Of a stretch of DNA of 64,000 nucleotides, positions 1 through 11,816 are shown one piece after another. Where the stretch lies: contig NW_025766503.1 in assembly GCF_003918875.1 (NCBI RefSeq), positions 620,001 to 684,000 on the forward strand. Reading direction: 5' to 3'. Positions within the stretch are counted from its first letter, which is position 1, and each line of letters begins with the position of its first letter. The notes beneath the pieces were generated by a model. It was not told where the DNA came from. It did no database searches and worked only from the letters and a program-made list of their open reading frames with translations. The position numbers were made by a program, and so were the translations under genes. This DNA is from Haliotis rubra (taxonomy: Eukaryota).

Positions 1-389
1 TGTGAATTCGTACCGGTGTGCAATTGTTATGTTTTCATAGACGAAATTAACAACATACCCATTACTACGTGTTATGAAAAAACATTTATTTTCCAAAGAA
101 TTTCAATCAGACATGTGTACATTTCACAAAATAAAAACATGTAAGAGTTTTCGTTGAATGCTGACTAAGTGCCAGCAAGTTCATTTCTGAACTGAACGAA
201 ATATGATAAAAGAAACTGAGTTTTCCTTTGCTTCTAAATTTAATAAGGCACTGGAATATGCTAATAACTATATGATAATAATAATACATTCAGATTTACA
301 GCTCTCTACTTTTTGGGTATTATTTTAACACATACCTGTAGATAAAATATTATCACACTATTACACTTTACGGTTCATAACAATCTGTA

Positions 390-1020
390 CAAAGAGAGGC
401 AGATTGTTGGGTCCAGTAAATGTGACATCAATAATGATGTATGGATTAACCATGCATTTGTCAATAGGGATTGGATTAAATGTAAAGTCAAGAATAGCCT
501 TATAGATCTATTCATACAAAAATGGCATTCCGATATTGAAGCATCATCAAAGGGTAGATTTTATAAGATTGTAAAAAACAACACTGATTTTATTTATTTA
601 CATCACCTACCTAAAAATATATATTCAATTTGTTAAACTGTCAAATCATCGTCTTCCTGTTGAAACTGGAAGATGGTTCAATATCGATTATAATTATAGA
701 AAATGTACATTGTGCACCTTAAATGTAATAGGAGATGAGTACCATTACCTTTCTAACTGTCAATACTTTCACGAAATAAGAAAAAAAATGTTTATTCCTA
801 AAAAGTTCATTACAAAGCCCTCAATATTTATTATGAATAATTTATTCCAGACAAAAAATGTATCCACTTTAATAAGACTGTCCATATTTTGCCACCATGT
901 GCTCTGTAACTTCAGATAAATGATATCAATGTTAGTACTTAACCATGTATACACCCGTATGCAATTATTATCTCTTGTAAACCTCACCATGCTACATTGT
1001 AGCCTTGAGTGAATAAAATA
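390..1020 (+). mobile_element. 3' end of a CR1/L2-group LINE (degenerate ORF2 C-terminus and tail)
   Basis: The frame of ORF 710..919 extends upstream to KLSNHRLPVETGRW...RKCTLC...IGDEYHYLSNC, the typical H-x-L-x-x-ETGRW / CxxC-x-E-x-H-x4-C C-terminus of these LINEs. AATAAA at 1012-1017. Confidence 0.85.
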
Positions 1021-1039
1021 AGTTACGTTATGAAAGAGT

Positions 1040-1290
1040 AACCATAATCCTTAGCACTTTCAAGGTAGGACTGTCTTTACATTGTATATTCACAGAAGGA
1101 ACTTGAAACAAGCGGATTTAGATTCTCAAATAGATCAAAGGATTTGCTTGAATTTTCAATATTTCAGAATCAGAATGTGATCCATTATGTCAAAACATTT
1201 TCAAATCTGTACGCCACTATCACTCAAGTTTACAGAGGAAACAGTATGTGAAATGCTGGACTTCCTCACTGAAAACCTCTATGTACAACG
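1040..1290 (+). mobile_element. Penelope-like retroelement RT remnant, 5' piece
   Basis: Frameshifted peptides ILK.SKDLLE...HYVKTF-SNLY and KFTEETVCEMLDFLTENLYVQ match the WILKNSKDLL / KTFDFSTLY / MLDFLIDNIFV blocks of invertebrate Penelope-like RTs (motifs from memory). Confidence 0.6.
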
Positions 1291-1380
1291 GGACACCAGG
1301 TATGCCAATTAACACTTATCAGAGGGGTACACAAGGTCCGCAGTCTAGACTACCAGTTGTCCGACTTTCATTTTTGTGGA

Positions 1381-1477
1381 AGCCGCGGTGGCTGAGACGT
1401 CTAAGCGTCTGAATTTGTGTGCTGGCGATTAGATGCCTGACTCTGAGGGTGTGGGTTCAAATCCCGCAGGGGACTCA
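1381..1477 (+). mobile_element. tRNA-derived (SINE-like) head
   Basis: A-box-like GTGGCTGAGACG and B-box GGTTCAAATCC (1454-1464) with longer than canonical spacing. No intact cloverleaf. Confidence 0.55.
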
Positions 1478-1870
1478 AACACATGATAACGACCGAAAAG
1501 GCACTGCGGGCTACACAAAACAGTGGTTGTCGGACGAAAATGTTCAAGTTTTAGACTGGCCCAGCTACAGCCCAGAACTTACCCCTATTGAGACTGTGTA
1601 GGACTAATGAAGGACAGAATAAACCAAAAAGGACTGAGAAATATTGAGGATATGAAGGGAGAAGTGGCTGAATATTGGGATAGGCTGTAACACGATTTCC
1701 TACAAACTTTGATCGGTAGTGTACCTAGGCGCATTCAGTCGTGTATTGCAAAGTCACAAAGTACTGAAAAGACATACTGTTAGAGAAAAATATTTCAACA
1801 TAGTTTACATATATGTATTATACATTTGCCGAAACAACGTTCTCAATAATTCCTGGGAATACTAATTATA
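1478..1870 (+). mobile_element. Tc1 transposase C-terminal fragment
   Basis: HDNDRKGT...VQVLDWPSYSPELTPIETV*GLMK...LIGSVPRRIQSCIA, i.e. the second D and the E motif (WPxxSPDLNPIE) with stop codons. Confidence 0.85.
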
Positions 1871-1989
1871 AAGACCAGCGAGACCACCTCATGTGTTTCA
1901 TACGCATGAAGGCTGTATGACCAGTGACCCTTTCGTGGAGCAAACTCCAACAGCTCCGGCCTTTGTAGTTTAAACTTCACTCTTTTCAA

Positions 1990-2290
1990 CGTTTTGGGTA
2001 CAATCGAGCATGTTTTTTAAATCACAGTTTCAGAGTGCAACATGTAACTTTTGTTTAGATGTTGTTCTGTCAAAGTTAAAACATTCAAGGACCCAGTAAA
2101 ACTTTCAAAAAGTTATATGGAAGACATGTGGAGACCATTTTCAAATCTGACGTACCAGCGATAAACATGATGACCGATGGAATACTATACTGTAAGTACA
2201 ATACTTCCTCGTGCTTTTTCAGGTGAACAACGGACTAACCATTGCACTTGTGCAGCATTCGCTCACCTTTTAACCTGGTATTTTCGCTAT
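1990..2290 (+). mobile_element. Penelope-like retroelement remnant, 3' piece
   Basis: FKKLYGRHVETIFKSDV at 2104 parallels NYGRHVED in the Penelope-like copy near 57830. Probably the continuation of 1040-1290. Confidence 0.45.
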
Positions 2291-2748
2291 TTGATAATGA
2301 TTCATAAACACATATGCTTATGGTATAGTCTGAATTCTACAATTGACGAGCTATTTGAAAAAAAGACCCCAACAGCCCTAGCTTACCCGAGGGGTACTTG
2401 TTGATTTGTGCAAGTGTTGAACCTAACACAGATAAGTATGTAAGGAAAAGCAGGTATTAATCCCCATGTCCGGATACAATTTCCAATAACCATGTTACTA
2501 TGCTGGGGGACATTGTATTTGTTCTGTATACTGTGTCATCATATAAGGAAACTGCACTTTGTACCCAATGTGTGTAGACTGGCATGGTCATACCAAAATA
2601 TTATGGAAAGAATGAGAAATCTGATCCTCAAAGCTAGAAAGGTATGGAAGCGTGTAGGCTCAACCCAGGGTTTCCTGCAGTGCAATAGGCTGGTTTCAGA
2701 AGAGAATAATAAGCCATTATATCAGTATTGACTTTCACAATCCAAAAG

Positions 2749-4326
2749 TAAACTGACGTGCAAAAGAAAGTACGCACCCAAACCTTTGGTCAACATACAT
2801 GAACCTCGTTCACATTCATACAAAAATACATGGAAAATAGATCTAACGAAGGCAACCATCGGGGTACATTGTCCAAAACGCAACTATACTAGCCACATAA
2901 AGAAACTGTGCATTGTCAAAATATTATCCCAGTTGATAAGTACGATAACAATGTCAAAGGTACATATAAACTTTAATGGAGGATCATGAGACCATAACAA
3001 GTCGGGAGAATTTCAATTGAAAAGTCAATCACAATGACGTCACGAGTCCACAAGCGGGACAGGGGTCAAACGACCATGTCACAAGCTCAATAACGGGTAT
3101 GTCCACCATCGGCATTGAGAACAGCAGTGCATCGACGACGCATAGAGCCTATCAAACGTGCAAGGAAGGCTTGTGGGATGTCACGCCAGATTCTCTCAAG
3201 TTCTGTTGCAAGGTCAAGGACGTTATCTGGCGAATGAGGAGGACCGCGTAGACGTAGATCCATCTCGTCCCAAACATGCTCTATCGGGGAGGACTCCGGT
3301 GAATTTGCAGGCCAAGGCAGTCAGTCAACGTTGTGATGTTGCAAGAAATCCATAGCAACCCTTGCCGTATGAGGGCGGGCATTGTCCTGTTGGAATGTTA
3401 ACCCTGGGCCATGACGTTGCAGAAAAGGATTTGACACAGGTCGAAGAATCTGATCCCTGTAGCCCACACCAATTAAGTTGCCCTGAACAATCACTAAAGG
3501 AGTTCTTTGGCGTGCTGTTATTCCACCCCAAATCATCACGGAACCACCACCAAAGCGATTCCTATCCAAGACACAGTCCTGTGCATAACGTTCTCCCACG
3601 CGTCTATAGGCACGTTGACGTCCATCACTATGGGAAATGTTAAACCTGGACTCATCTGTAAAAACAACATTTCTCCACCAAAACAAGGGTCTGCGGACAT
3701 GATTTTGGCACCACATTCGGCGAGCTTGTCGATGACGTTGTGTCAGGATAGGCCGTATGGCGGGACGTCGTGGTCTGATCCCGTGATGACGTAAACGTTG
3801 TCGAACTGTGGTGGGGTGGATACGGCGAAGTCCTGGGATGGTCCGGGCAGTCATCACTGCAGTCTGAAACCTGTGGCGAAGATGGGTCACCCTTATCCAT
3901 ATGTCCTGTCTTTGCGTTGTTACACGTGGACGTCCCAGTGGAAATGTGCAGCCACTTGTCGTTGAGACATTCCCCCACGGACCATCCTAATGGCCTCATG
4001 ACGTTGTGCAGACGTGAGCCTTGGCATGCTATGCGTTTCAATAGCCGTTTAATTTTTTGAACGATCGCAAGGGCAGGGGTTGAGCTTTCCAAAGTGACAG
4101 TATTGTGTGGCATTCATTTGCTCTGTTTCTCTTTCCCGGAATGCACGTGCAACAACGTATTGCACGTCTCAAGGACGAACCCACTGACGTCACGGAACGT
4201 GGCACGTGCATGCATGTTGGATACATGTCACTAATCTCTGAGTTTAAATCCTTATGTGTCTACACAGGTTTGATAAATTTAGATTTTAAATTTGTGTATG
4301 CACAGTTTTTTTATGTGCCTAGTATA
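2749..4326 (-). mobile_element. Near full-length Tc1 element (DD34E) with pseudogenised transposase, 4027->3087
   Basis: ATG at 4027 (MPRLTSAQRHEAI), VFTDESRF, GGGSVMIWGGI, FQQDNARPH with 34 positions to PIEHVWD, ending GGHTRY* at 3087. In-frame stop at 3321 plus indels. TIR-like ends at 2749 and (poorly matching) about 4326. Confidence 0.93.
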
Positions 4327-4329
4327 TAT

Positions 4330-5481
4330 TCATGGGTACGCGTGTCGATTTTGCACTCTTGCACGTGCAATCGAAATGTAAAAGGGTATAAAAGACAGTC
4401 TTCTCAATGCTAGTAGGGTATGCGACAATAAGCACACGTCAAGACTGACGCCAGCTCAACGGGAGAGAGATACTGGAATGTCACAGATGGGGGTATCCAG
4501 CAGTCATATCGCCAGGATCTCCCGGTGCAAAAGACAAACCATAAACCGACTGATAAGACGTGTTCAGCAGACAGGCCAGCTAGCTGACCGACCCTGAAGT
4601 GGATGTCCGAGAGTCACTCTACATCGTAGGAACCGTTTACAGTAGACAAGGACGGTGCGTTGGTGGCAACATCGTGACTGGGTACGTGTTCTCTTCAGTG
4701 ATGAGGGCAGATTTTATCTGTTTCATGCCGACGATAGAATGAGGGTGCATGGGCGTCGGGGTTGGCACCAAACTGTATACATGATGTTCACCCTTTTGGC
4801 GGTGGTGGTGTTATGGCTTGGGAAGCAATTTTCAGTGATCAGAAGAAACGTATAGTGACAATTCATTGCAATCTGAATGCCCAACGACACTGTGATGACG
4901 TGTTGCGACCTGTGGCACTGCCCTTCATGGAGCAACATCAAGGAATTCTCTAACATGATAACATCAGACCCCACACTGAAAGGATCACTACGGACATGGC
5001 CATCTCGTTCACCCGATGTCAGCCCGAGAGAACATCTATGAGACCATCTCGGAAGACAACTCCGACGTCGACAACAGCGGCCAGTCAACGTTCGACAGCT
5101 CGAACAGGTTCTCCATGACGAATGGGCAAGAATTCCAAATGACGTCATCAAGCCACTTACGTTTTCCATGAGGAGACGAGTACAGGCTTGCATCGATGCC
5201 CACGGAGGCCATACAATATACTGAGTGTGATACCTGCTGTTCGGGTGTCTGTTAATCGAGATTGAACTTTTCATCTGCAATGATGAAATGTGTCATTTGG
5301 ATCCCATGCATGTTTGACTACGTCACTGCAAGAATACACACACTAAAGGTTTCATTTGGTTGTAACAACCTCTGTTTGGCATTGTGCCTCAATACAGATT
5401 TGAAATTATATTTCAAAGTCTTGTTATTTTTCTGCTATTAGCGAAATCTTTCCTGTGTACTTTCTTTCGAACGTCAGTTTA
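4330..5481 (+). mobile_element. Internally deleted Tc1 element
   Basis: RLTPAQRER..., VLFSDEGRF, FGGGGVMAW, HDNIRPH, WPSRSPDVSPREHL, SMRRRVQACIDAHGGHTIY. 3' TIR at 5454-5481. Confidence 0.9.
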
Positions 5482-5889
5482 CATACAAAGGAACTCTAAG
5501 GTAATGAAATAGCATTTGATAGAAAATGGCCCGATTAATTATTTCACAAACTGCAAGAACAGGGCATTAGTGGTAATACGGGAAATTACTACATCCTTGT
5601 TGTATAAATAGTCCAGCCTTTATTTCCTGCAATGGTGAACAGTCAGACAAATAGCTTGTTAAATAGGGGTGTTGCGCAAGGCAAGGGTAATCGGGCTTTT
5701 CTTATTGCTATCATATATCAACCTTTAGACAAGCACAATGTGGCATTTCTATCAGGTATCGATATTTCTTCATTCTTGCTTGTTACCGCATAGCCAGAAT
5801 CTTGCAAGCATATTTTGATATTGTACAAACAGTCCGCAATAATTGTGTTCCGGGGACACAGTTATCCAAGTCTCTTATCGTTCACTTCA

Positions 5890-8682
5890 GCTGTCTCAGC
5901 AATCCATGTCTCTTATCGCTGACCCCAGCTGTCTCAGTCATTCATGTCTCTTATGGCTGACCTCCACTGTCTCAGTCGCTCATGTCTCGTGTCTGACCTC
6001 AGCTGTCTCAGTCACTCATGTCTCGTGTGTCTGACCTCAGCTGTCTCAGTCACTCATGTCTCGTGTGTCTGACCTCAGCTGTCTCAGTCACTTATGTCTC
6101 GTGTGTCTGACCTCAGCTGTCTCAGTCACTCATGTCTCGTGTCTGACCTCAGCTATGTCAGTCTCTCTTATGTCTCGTGTGTCTGACCTCCACTGTCTGT
6201 CTCAGTAACTCATGTCTCAGCTGTCTCAGTGTGTCTGAGCCTCAGCTGTCTGACCTCAGCTGTCAGACTTATGTCTCGTGTGTCTGTCTGACCTCAGCTG
6301 TCTCAGTCACTCATGTCTCGTGTCTGACCTCAGCTGTCTCAGTCACTCATATGTGTCTGACCTCAGCTGTCTCAGTCACTTATGTCTCGTGTGTCTGACC
6401 TCAGCTGTCTCAGTGACTCATGTCTCGTGTATCTGACCTCTCAGCTGTCTCAGTCACTTATGTCTCGTGTCTGACCTCAGCTGTCTCAGTGGCTCATGTC
6501 TCGTGTCTGATCTCAGTTGTCTCAGTGACTCATGTCTCGTGTGTCTGACCTCCACTGTCTCAGTGACTCATGTCTCGTGTCTGACCTCAGCTGTCTCAGT
6601 CACTTATATCTCGTGTGTCTGACCTCCACTGTCTCAGTCACTCATGTCTCGTGTCTGACCTCAGCTGTCTCAGTCACTTATGTCTCGTGTGTCTGACCTC
6701 CACTGTCTCAGTCACTCATGTCTCGTGTCTGACCTCAGCTGTCTCAGTCACTCATGTCTCGTGTGTCTGATCTCAGTTGTCTCAGTGACTCATGTCTCGT
6801 GTGTCTGATCTCACAAGTCTCAGTCACTTATGTCTCGTGTGTCTGATCTCTCAGCTGTCTCAGTCACTTATGTCTCGTGTGTCTGACCTCAGCTGTCTCA
6901 GTCACTTATGTCTCGTGTCTGACCTCAGCTGTCTCAGACACTCATGTCTCGTGTGTCTGATCTCACAAGTCTCAGTCACTCATGTCTCGTGTGTCTGATC
7001 TCACAAGTCTCAGTCACTTATGTCTCGTGTGTCTGACCTCAGCTGTCTCAGTCACTTATGTCTCGTGTGTCTGATCTCACAAGTCTCAGTCACTTATGTC
7101 TCGTGTGTCTGATCTCAGTTGTCTCAGTGAATCATGTCTCGTGTGTCTGATCTCACAAGTCTCAGTCACTTATGTCTCGTGTGTCTGACCTCAGCTGTCT
7201 CAGTCACTTATGTCTCGTGTCTGACCTCCACTGTCTCAGTCACTTATGTCTCGTGTGTCTGATCTCAGTTGTCTCAGTCACTTATGTCTCGTGTGTCTGA
7301 TCTCAGCTGTCTCAGTCACTTATGTCTTGTGTGTCTGATCTCAGTTGTCTCAGTCACTCATGTCTCGTGTGTCTGACCTCAGCTGTCTCAGTCACTTATG
7401 TCTCGTGTCTGATCTCAGTTGTCTCAGTGACTCATGTCTCGTGTGTCTGATCTCAGCTGGCTCAGTGACTCATGTTTCGTGTGTCTGACCTCAGCTGTCT
7501 CAGTCACTCATGTCTCATGTGTCTGATCTCAGCTGTCTCAGTCACTTATGTCTCGTGTCTGATGTCAGTTGTCTCAGTCACTCATGTCTCGTGTGTCTGA
7601 TCTCAGCTGTCTCAGTGACTCATGTTTCGTGTGTCTGACCTCCACTGTCTCAGTCACTCATGTCTCGTGTGTCTGACCTCAGCTGTCTCAGTCACTTATG
7701 TCTCGTGTCTGACCTCCACTGTCTCAGTGACTCATGTCTCGTGTGTCTGATCTCACCTGTCTCAGTCACTTATGTGTCGCGTGTCTGATCTCAGCCGTCT
7801 CAGTCACTTATTCCTCGTGTCTGACCTCCGCTGTCTCAGACACTCATGTCTCGTGTGTCTGATTTCAGCTGTCTCTGTCACTTATGTGTCGTGTCTGACC
7901 TCAGCTGTCTCAGTCACTCATGTCTCGCGTGTCTGATCTCAGCTGTCTCAGTCACTCATGTCTCATGTGTCTGACCTCAGCTGTCTCAGTCACTCATGTC
8001 TCGTGTATCTGATCTCTCAGCTGTCTCAGTCACTTATGTGTCGTGTCTGACCTCAGCTGTCTCAGTCACTCATGTCTCGTGTGTCTGACCTCAGCTGTCT
8101 CAGTCACTCATGTCTCGTGTCTGACCTCAGCTGTCTCAGTCACTTATTCCTCGTGTCTGACCTTCGCTGTCTCAGACACTCATGTCTCGTGTCTGACCTC
8201 AGCTGTCTCAGTCACTTATGTGTCGTGTCTGACCTCAGCTGTCTCAGTCACTCATGTCTCGCGTGTCTGATCTCAGCTGTCTCAGTCACTCATGTCTCAT
8301 GTGTCTGACCTCAGCTGTCTCAGTCACTCCTGTCTCGTGTATCTGATCTCTCAGGTGTCTCAGTCACTTATGTGTCGTGTCTGACCTCAGCTGTCTCAGT
8401 CACTCATGTCTCGTGTGTCTGATCTCAGCTGTCTCAGTCACTCATGTCTCGTGTGTCTGACCTCAGCTGTCTCAGTCACTCATGTCTCCTGTGTCTGACC
8501 TCAGCTGTCTCAGTGACTCATGTCTCGTGTGTCTGATCTCAGCTGTCTCAGTGACTCATGTTTCGTGTGTCTGACCTCAGCTGTCTCAGTCACTCATGTC
8601 TCGTGTGTCTGATCTCAGCTGTCTCAGTCACTTATGTCTCGTGTGTCTGATCTCAGCTGTCACAGTTACTTATGTCTCGTGT
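5890..8682. repeat. 36/38-bp tandem satellite (GT)GTGTCTGACCTCAGCTGTCTCAGTCACTCATGTCTC
   Basis: About 75 directly visible copies. Units differ by one GT dinucleotide and the left edge is degenerate. Confidence 0.97.
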
Positions 8683-9579
8683 ACAATTGCAACTTCTCTT
8701 TTTTATGTAAGCAACATTTCGGTGTAGCTGCTAACACCGTTATCAAACAAATGTCAGTCATCATTGTCCATTGATTGTGATTAACCCATTGTATCCCACA
8801 CATCTATGCCTGGCAGTTGGTGGATTCCACCTATCACAGTCACGTCCTGTGTGTCATGAAAACACACTGTTCAACGTTACAACATGAATTGTGTCATACG
8901 CATCAGCTACACAGTTCTTCTGACATGAAATAAAACAAACAATCATTGTTGTTACAAACCAAACGTTAGATCTATACCCCTGTCATTAGAGAATTAGTAA
9001 GGTTGGATGTGGATATTACACATGTTCGTGATTCTAATCTTGTGTTGACACTGTAATATCACAAGGACAGATTTGCCAATACAGCCAATGACACCTTTCA
9101 TTCCTTTGTGTCAGAGTGAGGCAAAGTTTGAGCTGACATTGAATCAAATCGCAAAATAGCGATTACCGCAATGGTTTCTTATAATGCTTCGGCCTTAAAT
9201 AAAATAAGATCAAACGATTGCATCCTTCATTTGCAGAATTTGTTCTTTGTGAAAAAATGTTTTTAAAGGATATCTTACAATGTCCTCTCTTCTCAAATGT
9301 CATTTCACAAGTTCATTATCTTCGCAAAAATAGAAGAAAAAACAAAGCCCCTGTTTCAAAAAAGTTTTCTGTAAAATATCTCCACCAGTATTTCAGTTTG
9401 TATACATGTTTTTTCTCCGTCTTCTTCCGAGCCAATGGTTGCCCCGCGTCTCAGTGAACAAATGCTGCTGGTATCAAGGTACCCAACACACTACAATGGC
9501 GCGATAAGAGCGAGAAACGTGCATTGCTGTTATTAACATCAGCCGTCAGTAGGCAATACCAGAGCAATGCTATATGTCT

Positions 9580-10279
9580 GCACTGTTGGCGCACTGCGTT
9601 ATTGCTCTGATCACTGTTGGTGCACTGCCTGCTTTAGTGCTCTAATCACTGTTAGTGCACTGCCTGTGTAAGTGCTCTGATCACCGTGGTGCACTGCCTG
9701 CTTTAGTGTCCAGATCACTGTGGTGCACTGCCTGCTTTATTGCCCTGATCACTGCTGGTGCACTGCCTACTTTTGTGATCTGATCACCGTTGGTGTACTG
9801 CCGGCTTTAGTGCTCTTATCACTGTCCTGATCACCGTGTTGCACTGCCTGCTTTAGTGCCCTGATCACTGTTGGTGCACTGCCTGCTTTAGTGATCTGAT
9901 CACTGTTGGTGCACTGCCTGTTTTAGTGATCTGATCAATGTTGGTGCACTGCCTGCATTAGTCATCTGAACACTGTTAGTGCACTGCCTGCTTTAGTCAT
10001 CTGATCAGCGTGCTGCACTGCCTGCTTTAGTGCTCTGATCACTGTGGTGCACTGCCTGCTTTAGTGCCCTGATCACTGTTGGTGCACTGCCTGCTTTAGT
10101 GATCTGATCACTGTTGTTGTACTGCCTGCTTTAGTGATCTGATCACTGTGGTGCAGTGCCTGCTTTAGTGCCCTGATCACTGTGGTTCACTGCCTGCTTT
10201 AGTCATCTGATCACTGTTGGTGCACTGGCTGCTTTAGTGCTCTGATCACTGTTGGTGCACTGCCTGCTTGAGCGATCTG
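9580..10279. repeat. 34/35-bp tandem satellite TGATCACTGTTGGTGCACTGCCTGCTTTAGTGCCC, left arm
   Basis: About 20 visible copies containing the TGATCA and GTGCAC palindromes. Confidence 0.96.
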
Positions 10280-10732
10280 GCCTACCTTTAGAATACAGCA
10301 CCACAAACTTTAAAAATACGTCATAATACCCTTTTACGTAATGTAATGTGATTTTGTTCGAAAGCACGTTCTCGATACAATGCCCTATGACGCCTGCATG
10401 GCAACACGGTTGTCTGGCTCAGCGAGTGCGTTTAAGCTCCGCTCACTGGTGTTTCATTTCTACGAGCTATGTCATTGCATAAGCCCAACGATGTTGAGAG
10501 TTTCCAGTAGTTGTATACCGGCGGATGCGCAATATTTTGCAAGCACCAGTTTGAAATATTTTTCCTTTTTCACTAATACGCTCATATTTATTTGTATTGC
10601 GGGCTGCTGAGGTGTTATGTTTTGTGTATTTTGTATTTTGTAAGTTTTTAAATTTACATATATAATTTTGTCATTCAGTAATTTGCACCATTACATAGAA
10701 AAGTGTTTTATTAGTATTTTATTTTTCGAAGC

Positions 10733-11042
10733 GGTAATAACGCATTACACTAGACACGTCAGTCGTGTTTGTGCCGGTTCGGTCAATGCATTCTATTTAT
10801 TAGGATTAATTCAAGGGATTGGGGTTAGGGTTAGGGTTAGGGCTTAGGGTTAGGGCTAGGGCTTAGGGTTAGAGTTAGGGTCCTAATGCAATATAGTAGG
10901 TACATGTCCGGTGGTTCGGTCAATGCATTCAAGGGGTTAGGGTTAGGGTTAGGGCTGAGGGTTTAGGGTTTAGGGGTTAGGGTTAGGGTTAGGGACCTAA
11001 TCCAATATAGCAGGTACATGTCCAGTGTAATACGTGAGTACC
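10733..11042. mobile_element. Nested MITE-like element with telomere-type (TTAGGG)n tracts
   Basis: 27-bp imperfect TIR (GGTAATAACGCATTACACTAGACACGT vs GGTACTCACGTATTACACTGGACATGT, 22/27). It encloses two related blocks with TTAGGG runs at about 10823-10880 and 10934-10994. Confidence 0.7.
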
Positions 11043-11648
11043 ATTTGTTGTTTTTCTTTTTTGCATTTTAATACTTTTTTTTCACACAAAAACGGGAAAC
11101 CAAAAACGTCGAAAGTACATTATGAAATGGGCTAATGTAGAAATTTTGGGCTAATGGAAATTGGCCTGGAATTTGCACTCAAACCTATTTCACACGCAAC
11201 ATAAAGTTTGTTCAGTAATGATTCGAAGGCTAACTCACCCTCGTGCCGTCACTGCACATGCTCATGTCTCCCTCGTTCCTTAGTGCGATCCACATTATCC
11301 TTACAGTGTTCCCTACATCACTTTTCTGTCATAAAATCACCGATTTATATAAAAGCGCGTCATTCATGCATGCACCGTGAAATCTACGTCTGACGCCTGA
11401 CGTCAACAACCCTTTTCAGTTTGAGGCATATCGGCTCATTCCACGCCACACGTTAATTTGTAGATTACGGAATGGGACGAGTGTGCCAAATGGCATCGGA
11501 TCCATCCGGCAATTGTCCGAAGAATAAAATCACGCGACACCAAGTCTACCCGTAGCATTCGTAATTGTCCGTGACCTATTCGACTCTTTCCGTTCATTTC
11601 CGTGACGTCACAGGAATGACTCGATAAATTTGCACATTGTGCAACAGT

Positions 11649-11721
11649 GTGGACGTAGCTCAGTCGGTTAGCTGTTGAGCTAACAATCCGAAGGTCGCGG
11701 GTTCGCGTCCGACGGGTTTCT
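11649..11721 (+). pseudogene. tRNA-like sequence (pseudo-tRNA or SINE head; AAC at the anticodon position)
   Basis: TAGCTCAGTCGGTTAG A-box/D-arm, CTAACAA loop, AGGTC variable loop and GGTTCGCGTCC degenerate B-box at tRNA spacing. The acceptor and anticodon stems pair poorly. Confidence 0.65.
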
Positions 11722-11816
11722 CACAAACTGGTTGCTTGTCTTAATGACATGTGACCTACGGCAGAGATCGTCCTCACGAGAAGTTGTGGTGCTGTATTCT
11801 AAAGGTGCTCCAAAGC

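Larger units (their letters stand above)
10280..11816. mobile_element. Non-autonomous TIR DNA transposon with 9-bp TSD (Mutator- or Merlin-like) inserted in the satellite
   Basis: Perfect 22-bp inverted repeat ACCTTTAGAATACAGCACCACA (10284-10305 / 11785-11806). Both ends begin with GC. Direct repeat AGCGATCTG at 10271-10279 and 11817-11825. No transposase ORF. Confidence 0.85.

Noticed and set aside
3321-3890. Active Tc1 transposase CDS
   Set aside because: In-frame TGA between the second D and the E, plus a deleted and frameshifted N-terminus.
10823-10994. True telomere or chromosome fusion scar
   Set aside because: Short, degenerate, same-orientation tracts inside a TIR-bounded unit, with no head-to-head TTAGGG/CCCTAA junction.
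11649-11721. Functional tRNA-Val(AAC)
   Set aside because: The acceptor and anticodon stems do not pair, the T-loop A is mutated and no oligo-T terminator follows. Kept only as tRNA-like.
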